A stretch of 63,973 bases of DNA, filler included, from an uncultured bacterium (GTDB lineage Bacteria > DAOPZR01), in the NCBI GenBank assembly GCA_964637655.1. It is 4 parts of 4 records of this genome, joined end to end, with 100 filler letters (N's around TTAATTAATTAA, not from the genome) between each part and the next. Parts side by side here need not be neighbours in the genome. Positions count along the whole stretch, not along the records: positions 16,863 to 33,528 come from CAZWUZ010000043.1; positions 33,629 to 50,241 come from CAZWUZ010000044.1; 2 more parts are not named here. One strand, given 5' to 3'. Under the pieces are notes generated by a model that made no database searches, was not told the origin of the DNA, and saw only the letters and a program-made list of their open reading frames with translations. A program made the translations under genes and the position numbers. Of the stretch, positions 26,599 through 36,435 are shown in pieces (position 1 is the first letter of the stretch; every line of letters starts with the position of its first letter).

Positions 26599-28949
26599 CA
26601 GGCCTGCATGAGGGCGAGACGCTGCCCGTACCTGAGTTCGAGGTAGCGCGTCACCTGCCGCCACAGCGCGCGCTCCAGCGGATCGTCCTGCGCCGCTTGC
26701 TCCTGCTGCCGCGCGAGGAAAGCAGCCGCCGCCTGCCGCGCGCGCACCAGCAGCGGGGTGTCGGTGAGGATGTCAGCCAGTTGCAGTTCGGGCGCCCCGT
26801 GCTGCCGCGTGCCGAGGAAATCGCCCTGCCCGCGGATTTTCAGGTCGAGTTCCGCCACCTTGAACCCGTCATTCGTACGCGCCACCTCCTGCAGCCAGAC
26901 GCGTTTCTCCGGGTTGAGCCGCGCCGGGGCCAGCAGGCGGCAGATGGAGGCCTGCGTGCCGCGCCCCACCCGCCCGCGCAACTGATGCAGTTGCGCCACT
27001 CCGAAACGCTGCGCGTCCCAGACCAGCATCATCGTCGCCTCGGGCACGTCCACCCCGACCTCGATGACCGTGGTGGAAAAGAGCACCTGCACCGTGCCGG
27101 CGCGGAACTCGTCCATCACCCGTTCTTTTTCGTCCGTCGGCATCTTTCCGTGCAGCAGGCCGCATGTGAAGCCCGCCAGTTCCACCGTCTGCCACGCGTC
27201 GAAACTCTCCGTGGCGGAACGCACGTCGAGTTCCTCCGATTCGGCGATGAGCGGGAAGACGATGTAGGCGCGCTCGCCGCGCGTCAGGCGCGCTCGCACC
27301 TCAGCCCACAGTTTCGCCAGTTCGCGCGCGGTCTCCGTCACCAGCGCGGTGGCGATGGGCTGCCGGCCCGGCGGCAGTTCGTCGAGCACCGACACGTCCA
27401 TGTCGCCGTAGACCGTCAGGGCCAGCGTGCGCGGGATGGGCGTCGCCGTCATCACCAATTGGTCGACCAGGTGCCCCTTGCCCGTCAGTTCCGCGCGCTG
27501 CAGCACGCCGAAGCGGTGCTGCTCGTCGACGACCGCCAGCCCGAGCCGCTGGAACCCGACGTTTTCCTGGATGAGCGCATGCGTGCCGAAGGCGATGGCC
27601 GCAGCACCCGCCGCCAATGCCGCCTGCGCCGCTTTTTTCTCCGCACTGGAGAGCGAACCGATGAGCAGGACCGCGCGCACGCCGAGTTTCTCCAGCAGCG
27701 GCAGCGACTTGGTATAATGCTGCTGTGCGAGCAGTTCCGTCGGCGCCATCACCGCACTCTGCTTCCCCTGCTGCGCCATGAGCACCGCCACCGCCAGCGC
27801 GATGACCGTCTTGCCCGAGCCGACCTCGCCCTGCAGCAGGCGGTACATCCGCTGCGGGGAGCGCAGGTCGGCGATGATCTCATCGAGCACGCGCGACTGC
27901 GCCGCGGTCAGCGCGAACGGCAGCGCCGCGAAGAGGTCCGCGAGCAGTTCGCGTCCCCCCGCCAGCGGCGCGCGTCCGGTTGCCACCCGCCGCTGCGCGC
28001 GCCGGTCGAGCAGCGCCAGTTGCAGGAAGAAGAGTTCCTGGTACTTGAGGCGCTGCCGCGCGCGGTCGGCCGCCGCCGGGGTCGCGGGAAAATGGATGTC
28101 GCGCAGCGCCTCGCCCAGCGACGGGAGCGGGTTTCCCGCCTGCTGCAGTACGCGGCGCGGGAGCGGGTCGCTCACCAGCGGACCGTACTCGTCGAATACC
28201 GTCTGCACCAGCGCGCGCAGCGTGCGCGAGTTCAGCCCCTGCGTTTCGGGATAGACGGGCTGAATGCTCCCCGCCGGGGTCTCCGCCTCGTCGAGCGTTT
28301 CCATGTCGGGGTTGACCATCTGCCAGCCGCGATACTGCTGCAGGGTGCCGCTCGCCAGCCACCGGCTCCCCGGCGCAAACGTCGTCTTGTGGTAGGGACG
28401 CGCGTTGAACCAGAGCAATTGGACCAGGCCCGTATCGTCTTCGAGCACCGCGGTAAAGCGTTTGCGGCCGCCACGTCCCGCGACGAAGGACGCGGTGGTG
28501 ATGCGCCCGCACACCGTCACCGTTGCCCCGTCGCCCCGCAGGTCGCCCAGCGCCGTCAGCGAGCGCCGGTCGAGGTAGGCGCGCGGATAGTAGTTGAGCA
28601 GGTCATTGACCGTGGTGACGTCCTTCTTTTCGAGCAGTTGTGCCCGCCGCGGCCCCACCCCGCGCAGGAACTGCACGGGCTGCGCCAGCAGTGCCATCTC
28701 CAGTTGCTTGAGCCCGCCAACAATGTCCCAGAAGGGGTGCGCCCGGGCGGCGGGCACCGCCGCGGCATACTGCGCGGCGGCAGTGAGCACTGTGCGCGCG
28801 GCCGTGCCGATACCGTCGCTGCGTCCGCGCAGCGGCGCGAGGAGCAGCGCCAGGGCGGCAACAAAATTGTCGTCGGGAAAACCGGTTTTCGCTGCGCGGT
28901 TGGCCTGCGCGCGCAGCGCCTGCCAGGCCGGCGGGTCAATCAGCGGCAT
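26598..28949 (-). CDS. recG: ATP-dependent DNA helicase RecG
   Basis: GVGP...YYPRAY wedge region, RLLQGEVGSGKT, DEQHRFG, MTATPIPRT, QLHQLRGRVGRG, DGF.AELDL.RG; start uncertain. Confidence 0.95.
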   Translation of the reverse strand: MPLIDPPAWQALRAQANRAAKTGFPDDNFVAALALLLAPLRGRSDGIGTAARTVLTAAAQYAAAVPAARAHPFWDIVGGLKQLEMALLAQPVQFLRGVGPRRAQLLEKKDVTTVNDLLNYYPRAYLDRRSLTALGDLRGDGATVTVCGRITTASFVAGRGGRKRFTAVLEDDTGLVQLLWFNARPYHKTTFAPGSRWLASGTLQQYRGWQMVNPDMETLDEAETPAGSIQPVYPETQGLNSRTLRALVQTVFDEYGPLVSDPLPRRVLQQAGNPLPSLGEALRDIHFPATPAAADRARQRLKYQELFFLQLALLDRRAQRRVATGRAPLAGGRELLADLFAALPFALTAAQSRVLDEIIADLRSPQRMYRLLQGEVGSGKTVIALAVAVLMAQQGKQSAVMAPTELLAQQHYTKSLPLLEKLGVRAVLLIGSLSSAEKKAAQAALAAGAAAIAFGTHALIQENVGFQRLGLAVVDEQHRFGVLQRAELTGKGHLVDQLVMTATPIPRTLALTVYGDMDVSVLDELPPGRQPIATALVTETARELAKLWAEVRARLTRGERAYIVFPLIAESEELDVRSATESFDAWQTVELAGFTCGLLHGKMPTDEKERVMDEFRAGTVQVLFSTTVIEVGVDVPEATMMLVWDAQRFGVAQLHQLRGRVGRGTQASICRLLAPARLNPEKRVWLQEVARTNDGFKVAELDLKIRGQGDFLGTRQHGAPELQLADILTDTPLLVRARQAAAAFLARQQEQAAQDDPLERALWRQVTRYLELRYGQRLALMQA

Positions 28950-28977
28950 AAACCGAGCACTGAGTGCCAACAATACA

Positions 28978-29529
28978 CTACGCTATCCTAGTCCTCAGAC
29001 AGAACCAGTATGTAGTAAGAGCATGCTCACAGCGCTGCCAATCCGGATAGTACCCGCTCATAAGCCGGACAAAGCGCGCGGTATGCCCGCGTTCGGTCAG
29101 ATGGATAACTTCATGCCATAAGACATAGTCAATCAGCCAAATCGGCAGGAAACGCATCTGCACATTCAGCGTCAGTGTGCCACGGGCATTGATGCTCGCC
29201 CATTTGGTGCGCAAATCGCGGAACAGTATCCGGCGCACACCTGACTTCGAGCCAGATATCCGTTCCAGCCGCTGCCGGACCAGTGCTCGAAAGGTCGCCA
29301 AACCCCGCCGTTGCAGGCGCAAACGCGAGCGGGCGCGTTTAGCGCGGGTTATGACCGACTGTTTCTCCCGTATCCAGTGTTCATGCCGCGCAACCACCAC
29401 CGCCGCATCGGTGCGGCCGACAGGCAGCACCACCACCAGCCGGCCGGTCTTAAATTCGAGACGCGGGTATTTGACCGCCCGCGTTTCGACCGTATAGGCC
29501 GTTTCAGCGATCATGCGGGCCATCGCCAT
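28978..29529 (-). CDS. YgjP/DUF45-type zinc metalloprotease associated with type I R-M loci
   Basis: LRTKWAS, DYVLWHEVIHL (HExxH), HTARF; overlaps the hsdR end; start 29514-29529. Confidence 0.8.
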   Translation of the reverse strand: MAMARMIAETAYTVETRAVKYPRLEFKTGRLVVVLPVGRTDAAVVVARHEHWIREKQSVITRAKRARSRLRLQRRGLATFRALVRQRLERISGSKSGVRRILFRDLRTKWASINARGTLTLNVQMRFLPIWLIDYVLWHEVIHLTERGHTARFVRLMSGYYPDWQRCEHALTTYWFCLRTRIA

Positions 29530-32500
29530 AACGCAGTACCGCATCGCGCAATTCGCCGAAGATGGCATCCATGGTTTCATAGGTAATGCCATATCGCGGC
29601 ATTGCCTTGCGCAAGTGCGAGCGCAATTCGCGTTCGATCTTCTTGCGCGCCGTGGGCTGCAGCGCCCAGCCGCTGAACATTTCCGCGCGCATGGCCTGCA
29701 CCAGCGTTCGCGCGTCCGCAATCAGCTCCGGTTTCGCCGACAGTCGCCGTTCCAGCAGCAACAAAATGGCATATTCCAAATCAGTGAAACCCAGTTGCCG
29801 CTGGCGTTCCTGCAGCCGCTGCACTTCATTGACTACCGCCGCGCCGTCGCGGCATATTCGCTCGTAGTCCTTGTGCTTGTCCCGCCAGCGCTGCAATATG
29901 TCTTCCACCTTATCAGCAATGGTCAGCAGTATGCCACCCTGCTCCTTGTCCACCAAGACGAAGCGATTGAGCGTAAATACGATATTGGCCGCGCGTTCGG
30001 TAACCTCCGGCACCTTGGCATACAGACGTTCCAGATACTGCTCGTCGAACACCAATTGCGGCAACGACCGGTTCAGTTCCGCAATTTCCGTAGTGCGATA
30101 AATATGTTCCAGCGTCCGCGTGAAGTGCCGCTCGATATACTCTTCGCTGCCGTCTCGACTATTCAGCACTTCCTTGCGGTAATAGACATACACCGCGCTC
30201 AGCCAGCGGTAGTCGCTTATCCGCTCCGCCTTGAGCGGCGCTGCGCCCAGCAGTTCAAACAGCCGCCGCGCTTTTTTGTAGCGTTCGATGAATTCCTCAC
30301 CCGCTTCTTCGCGCGCGGTCAGTACTTCAATCGCACCGATAATGCTCGCCCGCGTATAATCGCGCGTCGGCACCTCATGCAGCAGATGCAATAACGCCTT
30401 TAATTCATCATTGAACTCGTCCGCCACCGCCGCCGGCTCGATCACCGCCAATTTCAGCAATTCGCGTTCGCCGTACATTCCCAAGGCCTTGGTGAAATCG
30501 CGCAGCACGCCAACGTAATCCACTACCAGCCCCATTTCCTTCAAGTCGCCGTAAGGGCGGTTGGTCCGCGCCATCGCCTGCAGCAGCCGATGCTCCTTGA
30601 GCGGCTTGTCCAGATACAGCGTCTGCAATACAGGCACATCGAAGCCCGTGAGCAGCATATCCGTGACGATCAGCAGGCGCGGCTGATCTTCATTGCGAAA
30701 GCGATCGATAATGTCGCGATTAATCTCGTCAAAGTCCCTGCCCGGATGACGACCCCGCAATTCCTCGCTATAGGCCGCAATCTCCGGCTTATCCTTGGCC
30801 GTATAGGTCATCACGATCTCGCTGGTCCCGGCCGGCAGATGCTTGTCCAACTCGCGTTTGTAGAATACGCATGCCTCGCGATCGACCGCCACCAGCATCG
30901 CCTTGAAGCGGTTGTCCACCGCCTCGACGAAATGGCCGCGCACATCGTCCGCGATCTTCTTCAGGCGGTCCGGATGTTTCATCACCGCCTTGATCGTGGT
31001 CAGTCGTTCCCGCACCGCCTCCCTAACCTCCTCGCGCACCTCGTCGGGCAGTTCCTCCTCTTCCGCCGTCAGGAACGATTCCAGTAGGCCGCGATCGAGA
31101 TGCACTTCCTTTTCCAGCCGCGGCAGCCGCGCAATCTTCTTCGTAAACCCGTCCCGCAGCGATTCACTGATGAAATACCGGTCGAAATACAGTTCGTCGG
31201 GCGGATAGCTGAATTCCTGCCAGGTATCGCGGCCGCGTTTGGCGATGGGCGTGCCGGTGAATGCAAACCACGCCGCCGCGGGCAACAGTCGCCGCATCGT
31301 CGCCGCCAATGTGCCGTATTGCGTGCGATGGCCTTCATCAATCAAGACAATTACATTCCGCCGCGTGCGGATGGTATTGCCGCCCCATTCGCGCCGTTCG
31401 AGTTCCGCCGCCAGCTCTTCGAGCTCCACCGGCCTGAACTTATGCACCAATGTGACCAGCAGCCCGCGCCGCCCGCAATACCCGTCGTGCGCCACCGCCG
31501 CGCGTAACTCCGCCACCGAGGTTATCGCATGCAGCGTCAGCCCCAGCGCCGCCAGTTCCAGTTGCAACTGCTCCTCCAATTCGCGCCGGTCAACAACAAA
31601 CAATACCGTGGGATTCTCCAGTTCAGGCGTCAGCGCGAGCTTGTCGGCCGCGAACAACATCGTCAGCGTCTTGCCCGAGCCCTGCCAATGCCAGATCAGG
31701 CCCTTATTCCGCTCATCGCTGCCCTGCGCATAGGCGCGGGCGCGCGCCACGATTTTATTGACCGCGCGATATTGCATGTAGCGCGCCACCACCTTGGTAT
31801 GCCCCTCGCGCGTTACCCGCGTCATGACAAAGGAGCGTACCAGTTCCAGCAGCATAGCGGGCGCCAGCATCGCCGCCTGCGCTGCCAATGGCGGCAATTC
31901 ATCCTCGCACCAGCGCTCTATCCTGACCTTATCCTGCCCTAAATTCTTGCCCCCTCTCTCGCTGCTTGCAGCGGGAGAGGGCAGGGGTGAGGGCGATAAA
32001 TCCGTTCCACGACTTGCCTTCACCTGCGCTTCGCGCCAGCGCTCAATTCTGACCTTATCCTGCCACGGCTCGATCGGGAAGTAGCGCGTTTCATGTTCCG
32101 CCGCCACTCCCAATTGCACATACTTGAACAGTTCCGGTACTTTCTGTTCGTATTTCTTGATGTCCGTATAGGCCTGATACCACGAACCCGAAATGCTGAC
32201 GGGATTCTTGCATTCGATAATAACCAGCGGAATGCCATTGATAAACAGGACTATATCAGCGCGGATCTCGCGGTCGCCGCTCTGGAAAATCACCTGCCGC
32301 GAGACAATGCACTCATTGCGCGCGGCGTCGCTGTGGTCGAGCAGTTGCACGAACTTGACCACACGTTCCTTCTCGAACTTCACCGGCACCCCGCGTTTGA
32401 GAAAGTCGAGTATCTGCCGGTTCCCGTCCGGTCCCGTGCCCCTGACCCGCAATTCATTCAGCGTCTGCTGCACTTCCGTGTCGGTTATTCCCCGTTCCGC

Positions 32501-32650
32501 ATTCAGCGCGCGGATATGCCGGCCCAGCGTCCCCGTCAGCAGAGGATCTTCGTAACTCTCCCGCGCCAGTTCATCCGCCGGGCAGAACTTCCACCCCCGC
32601 GCGATCAGCAACTCGATCAAATGGTCTTCTACCAATGTCTTTTCCGTCAT
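29504..32650 (-). CDS. hsdR: Type I restriction endonuclease subunit R
   Basis: DIVLFINGIPLVIIECK nuclease motif, WHWQGSGKT, DEGHR, FTGTP, MLLTGFD, LLQAMARTNR. Confidence 0.93.
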   Translation of the reverse strand: MTEKTLVEDHLIELLIARGWKFCPADELARESYEDPLLTGTLGRHIRALNAERGITDTEVQQTLNELRVRGTGPDGNRQILDFLKRGVPVKFEKERVVKFVQLLDHSDAARNECIVSRQVIFQSGDREIRADIVLFINGIPLVIIECKNPVSISGSWYQAYTDIKKYEQKVPELFKYVQLGVAAEHETRYFPIEPWQDKVRIERWREAQVKASRGTDLSPSPLPSPAASSERGGKNLGQDKVRIERWCEDELPPLAAQAAMLAPAMLLELVRSFVMTRVTREGHTKVVARYMQYRAVNKIVARARAYAQGSDERNKGLIWHWQGSGKTLTMLFAADKLALTPELENPTVLFVVDRRELEEQLQLELAALGLTLHAITSVAELRAAVAHDGYCGRRGLLVTLVHKFRPVELEELAAELERREWGGNTIRTRRNVIVLIDEGHRTQYGTLAATMRRLLPAAAWFAFTGTPIAKRGRDTWQEFSYPPDELYFDRYFISESLRDGFTKKIARLPRLEKEVHLDRGLLESFLTAEEEELPDEVREEVREAVRERLTTIKAVMKHPDRLKKIADDVRGHFVEAVDNRFKAMLVAVDREACVFYKRELDKHLPAGTSEIVMTYTAKDKPEIAAYSEELRGRHPGRDFDEINRDIIDRFRNEDQPRLLIVTDMLLTGFDVPVLQTLYLDKPLKEHRLLQAMARTNRPYGDLKEMGLVVDYVGVLRDFTKALGMYGERELLKLAVIEPAAVADEFNDELKALLHLLHEVPTRDYTRASIIGAIEVLTAREEAGEEFIERYKKARRLFELLGAAPLKAERISDYRWLSAVYVYYRKEVLNSRDGSEEYIERHFTRTLEHIYRTTEIAELNRSLPQLVFDEQYLERLYAKVPEVTERAANIVFTLNRFVLVDKEQGGILLTIADKVEDILQRWRDKHKDYERICRDGAAVVNEVQRLQERQRQLGFTDLEYAILLLLERRLSAKPELIADARTLVQAMRAEMFSGWALQPTARKKIERELRSHLRKAMPRYGITYETMDAIFGELRDAVLRYGDGPHDR
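31910..32064 (-). repeat. In-frame 126-bp insertion in hsdR: 29-bp direct repeats around a palindromic element
   Basis: CCAGCGCTC(T/A)AT(C/T)CTGACCTTATCCTGCC at 31910-31938 and 32036-32064; 14-bp inverted repeat with one wobble at 31952-31981; protein shows QDKVRIERW twice. Confidence 0.85.
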
Positions 32651-32665
32651 AGTCCCATTTATCCC

Positions 32666-32755
32666 TATTACCACATTTATTACCACATTCAGCGAGTTAT
32701 TACCACATTCCCGATAATACCCTATTTAGTACCCTATTTAGCCAGTTAGTACCCT
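32666..32755. repeat. Two families of 12-bp repeats upstream of hsdR
   Basis: TATTACCACATT at 32666, 32678, 32698; TACCCTATTTAG at 32718, 32730 and a partial copy at 32750. Confidence 0.85.
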
Positions 32756-32764
32756 GACGCAAAT

Positions 32765-33478
32765 CTAATCGTTTCCAGCTTTGCCACTGCAATGGCTGCA
32801 TCCCTTATAATAACTGCTTTCCATATTGCCAGTATTTGGTTCATTACACCATTCACATCTTTTCAGTTCTAAGAAAACACCATAGCATTTTGCACACAGG
32901 TAATAATCATCTTCAATACGCACAACTGTATGATGGCCGTCACATTCGTTACAATTCCCCGATTCCCAAGAACAATCTCCGTCTCTAGCAGATTCAAACC
33001 GCTTATGTTCGTTAAGACCCTCCAGATATGCCACTAAATCTTCTGTTGATAAATCCTGATTACAAGAGCCACATTTTACACATCCGTCATTTTGTTCACG
33101 GAATATCACCTCCGTACCACATTTATGGCATATCGCGATCACTTTTCTTTCGGTGCGCTTACAAACCAAGCACTCAGCATCATCAATCAAGTCACCTGTT
33201 CTGTAGCTTTCTTGAGAAAGAAATCCGCAAGATGGACATATTGTATAAATATTTCCTTGTATCTGTCGTCTCGAGATTTCCTCACTAAGATCATCAAATT
33301 TGATTTGCAAGAAAGTATGATGCTGTCGTAATTCGTAATCAATACTTTCGATCCTCCCCTCCCATAATTTAAATGTATTTTTCCAGCGTCCACGTAGTAT
33401 ACAATGCAATAAGTACCAAGCATTCAACTGTTGTGCCGCTATCGACTGAAGCAGTTTATCTCCTTGAGTAACATACTT
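32765..33478 (-). CDS. AT-rich multi-zinc-ribbon hypothetical protein, probably 5' truncated
   Basis: Eight CxxC motifs (CPSC, CLVC, CHKC, CGSC, CNEC, CAKC, CEWC, CSHC); frame stays open upstream of the TTG at 33427 with no ATG; visibly lower GC than the flanks. Confidence 0.6.
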   Translation of the reverse strand, partial: KYVTQGDKLLQSIAAQQLNAWYLLHCILRGRWKNTFKLWEGRIESIDYELRQHHTFLQIKFDDLSEEISRRQIQGNIYTICPSCGFLSQESYRTGDLIDDAECLVCKRTERKVIAICHKCGTEVIFREQNDGCVKCGSCNQDLSTEDLVAYLEGLNEHKRFESARDGDCSWESGNCNECDGHHTVVRIEDDYYLCAKCYGVFLELKRCEWCNEPNTGNMESSYYKGCSHCSGKAGND

Positions 33479-33528
33479 GAGAGTGCCGAGTTCTCGGTCA
33501 CTTTTTAGCCTTCCCGGTTTTCAGCTTT

Positions 33529-33628
33529 NNNNNNNNNNNNNNNNNNNNNNNNNNNNNNNNNNNNNNNNNNNNTTAATTAATTAANNNNNNNNNNNNNNNN
33601 NNNNNNNNNNNNNNNNNNNNNNNNNNNN
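33529..33628. other. Artificial contig spacer
   Basis: N44 + TTAATTAATTAA + N44. Confidence 0.97.
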
Positions 33629-36389
33629 CGACCTTCGCCGATGCCTATGCGCAAACCTTGACGTATGCCCTGCTGCTGTCGCGGTTCGAAAACAAAGACA
33701 AAGTTTCCATCGAAAACGCCGCCAAACGACTGAAAGGCGGACATACGCTGCTGGCCAATGTCCTGAAAGTGATGGAGGCCGCGCGCGCGCTGCTGGATAC
33801 GCCGATTTCGCTGCTCGAACGGGTGATTGACAATATTGATGTGACGGCGCTGCTGAAGAAAAGTGCAGGCGACCCGTGGCTGTATTTTTATGAGGACTTT
33901 CTCGGCGCCTATGATCCCGATATGCGCAAGGACCGCGGGGTCTATTACACGCCGCTGGAAGTGGTGGGGGTGCAGGTCCGGCTGGTTACAGAACTATTGG
34001 CGAATCGTTTTGGGGCAGAACGCGGTTTTGCCGACGATAAGGTGGTTACGCTCGATCCCGCCTGTGGCACGGGAACCTATTTGCTGGCGGCGGTGCGCCA
34101 CGCGCTCGAGGGATTGAGGCTACCCATGGTGCGGGCCTGCGCCGCACCGCTGCCACCACCGCCGCAAAAAACTGTTATGGCTTCGAATTGCTGGTCGGGC
34201 CGTATGCGGTGGCGCATCTGCGCTTGACGCAATTGGTCATGGGCGAACGCGGGAGTTTGCCGGCTGATGGCGTAAAAGTCATGCTGACCAATACGCTCGA
34301 TTCGCCGCATGTGCTGCCGGCGAAGAATCTGCCGCTGCCGTACAAGACCATCGGAGAGGAGCGCGAACGGGCGCGCAAGTTCAAGGCGGAAAACCCCGTA
34401 CTGGTCTGCATCGGCAATCCGCCGTATGACCGGCAGAACATCAAGCCAGACGAAAAGGAACAGGTCAAGCGCAAAGGCGGGTGGGTGCGGTTTGGCGAAC
34501 AGTTGGAAACCGCCACCGGCGCGGTCGAACGGGGCATCCTGCAGGATTTCATCACGCCGCTGCAGGAAATCGGCGAAGGTGTGCATGCCAAGAACCTGTA
34601 TAACGATTACGTCTATTTCTGGCGCTGGGCGCTGTGGAAAGTGTTCGAGAACAAGCAACAGCCTGGCATCGTCAGTTTTATCACCGCGGCCTCGTATCTG
34701 AAAGGTCCGGGCTTTAAGGGCATGCGCAAGATGATGCGCGAGACCTTCGACGAACTGTGGATCATCGATCTGGGCGGTGATAATCGCGGTACGCGAAAAT
34801 CGGAGAATGTGTTTAATATCGAAACCGCCGTGGCGATTGCGGTTGGCGTTCGGTATGGCCAGCCGCAGCCAGCGCAGCCGGCGGCGGTGCATTATACGGA
34901 AATCCGCGGCAGCAGCGAGGAAAAACTGGCGGTCTTGGCCGGGGTGAAGACGTTTGCCGATCTGAAGTGGACTGACTGTCCGTCGGGCTGGCTGGATCCG
35001 TTTCTGCCGCAACGCGACAGTGCGTATCAAAAATGGCCGAAAGTCACCGACTTGTTCCCATGGCAGGAAAACGGCCTGCAGTATAAGCGCTTGTGGCCGA
35101 TTGGCGAGCAGCAGGAAATTCTGCAACAGCGATGGGCAGCATTGCTGGCGGCACCTGATCGGGCAGTTGCGTTTAAGGAAAGCCGCGATAAAGTAACGGT
35201 GAAAGCATACGCCGATCTTATGAAGCCCGATACGCGGCTTAGACCTATCGCAGATTTGCCACCTGATGAGCCGATACCGCCAGTAATGCCATATTCTTAT
35301 CGCTCATTTGACCGGCAGTGGGCAATTGCGGATAACCGAGTGGGCGATTATTTACGGCCGATATTGCACCAAGCACACACACGAAATCAGATATTTCTCA
35401 CCAGCATGCTGACAAACGAATTGGGCCCGGGGCCGGCTGCAGTTATGGCTGCACAAATACCGGATATGCATTTTTTCTGCAATCGTGGTGGTAAAGATGT
35501 GATTCCGCTATGGCGGGATGCGGCGGCGACGAAAGCCAATATTGCGCCCGGAGTGCTGGAAAAACTGTCGGAGGAATATAAGACCAAAGTCAATGCCGAG
35601 GATTTCTTCGCTTATGCCGCGGCGCTACTGGCCACGCCCGCCTATGTGGCGATGTTCCGCGAGGAATTGGCAACGCCCGGTCCGCATCTACCGATTACCC
35701 GCGTTGGCAAACTGTTCGCGGCGGCGGTGGCACTGGGCCGGCGTGTTGTGCGCATCCATACCTTTGGCGAACGCTGGCGCGACAAGAAGGAAAAGCCGGT
35801 GCTGGTTGGCAAAACGAAATGCGTGCAGGGGACGCCGGCGGATCAGGAAAAGTATCCCGAGGATTTCGCCTATAACGCCGCTACGCAGGAATTGCGGGTG
35901 GGCGAAGGCAAGTTTGTGCCGGTGGCGCCGGAGGTATACAACTACTCCGTTTCCGGCCTGCAGGTGGTGAAATCGTGGCTGGGCTATCGCATGAAGGAGC
36001 GGTCAGGCAAGAAATCATCGCCGCTCGACGATATCCGTCCGCAAACATGGTCATTCGATACGGAACTCTTGGAGTTGTTGTGGACGCTGGAAGCAGTGGT
36101 GGCACTCGAACCGGCGCAGGCCGACATTTTACGGCGCATTTGTGCTGGCAAGATGTTTGCTGCTGATGATTTTCCTCCGGTGCCAGACGATGCCCGTCAA
36201 GCCGAGCCACGCCCATCCCGCGCCGGAGAAACAGTGCCTTCATTATTCGATACACCGGAGCAAACAGCACCAGAGCCGTTGCCTGTGGCGGATAAACCAG
36301 CTGCCAAGCGGCGTGGCCGTTCGCCTGCTGCGAAACGTGCGTCAGCACCAATCAGATTGGGCAAGCCAAAGCGTCGTCCGCGGCGTTGA
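33629..36389 (+). pseudogene. Type ISP/IIG-like restriction-modification enzyme (N6-adenine MTase + specificity domain), 5' truncated and frameshifted near 34111
   Basis: ORF 33658-34227 has YFYEDFL..YD, GVYYTP, DPACGTGTY; ORF 34188-36389 has GNPPY, LYNDYVYF, YRSFDRQW, VVKSWLGYR. A one-base shift at 34111-34112 joins them into ...HALE-x-IEATHGAG...CYGFELLVGPY. Confidence 0.82.
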
Positions 36390-36414
36390 CGAGATTGGCA
36401 CAGACAGGTAAAAT
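36386..36414 (+). promoter_or_regulatory. Near-consensus sigma70 promoter for the ATPase/TOPRIM pair
   Basis: TTGACG (36386-36391), 17-bp spacer, TAAAAT (36409-36414). Confidence 0.65.
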
Positions 36415-36435
36415 TAATTAGGGTGAAGGTGGCAA

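Noticed and set aside
26328-28991. Long antisense ORFs (887 aa here; also 19506-21611, 38116-40374, 43021-44331)
   Set aside because: Shadow frames of recG, the sugar dehydrogenase, uvrA and the response regulator, expected in GC-rich DNA; no motifs.
32666-32755. CRISPR array or replication iterons
   Set aside because: Units of 12 bp with 0-8 bp gaps are too short for CRISPR; no Rep gene nearby.
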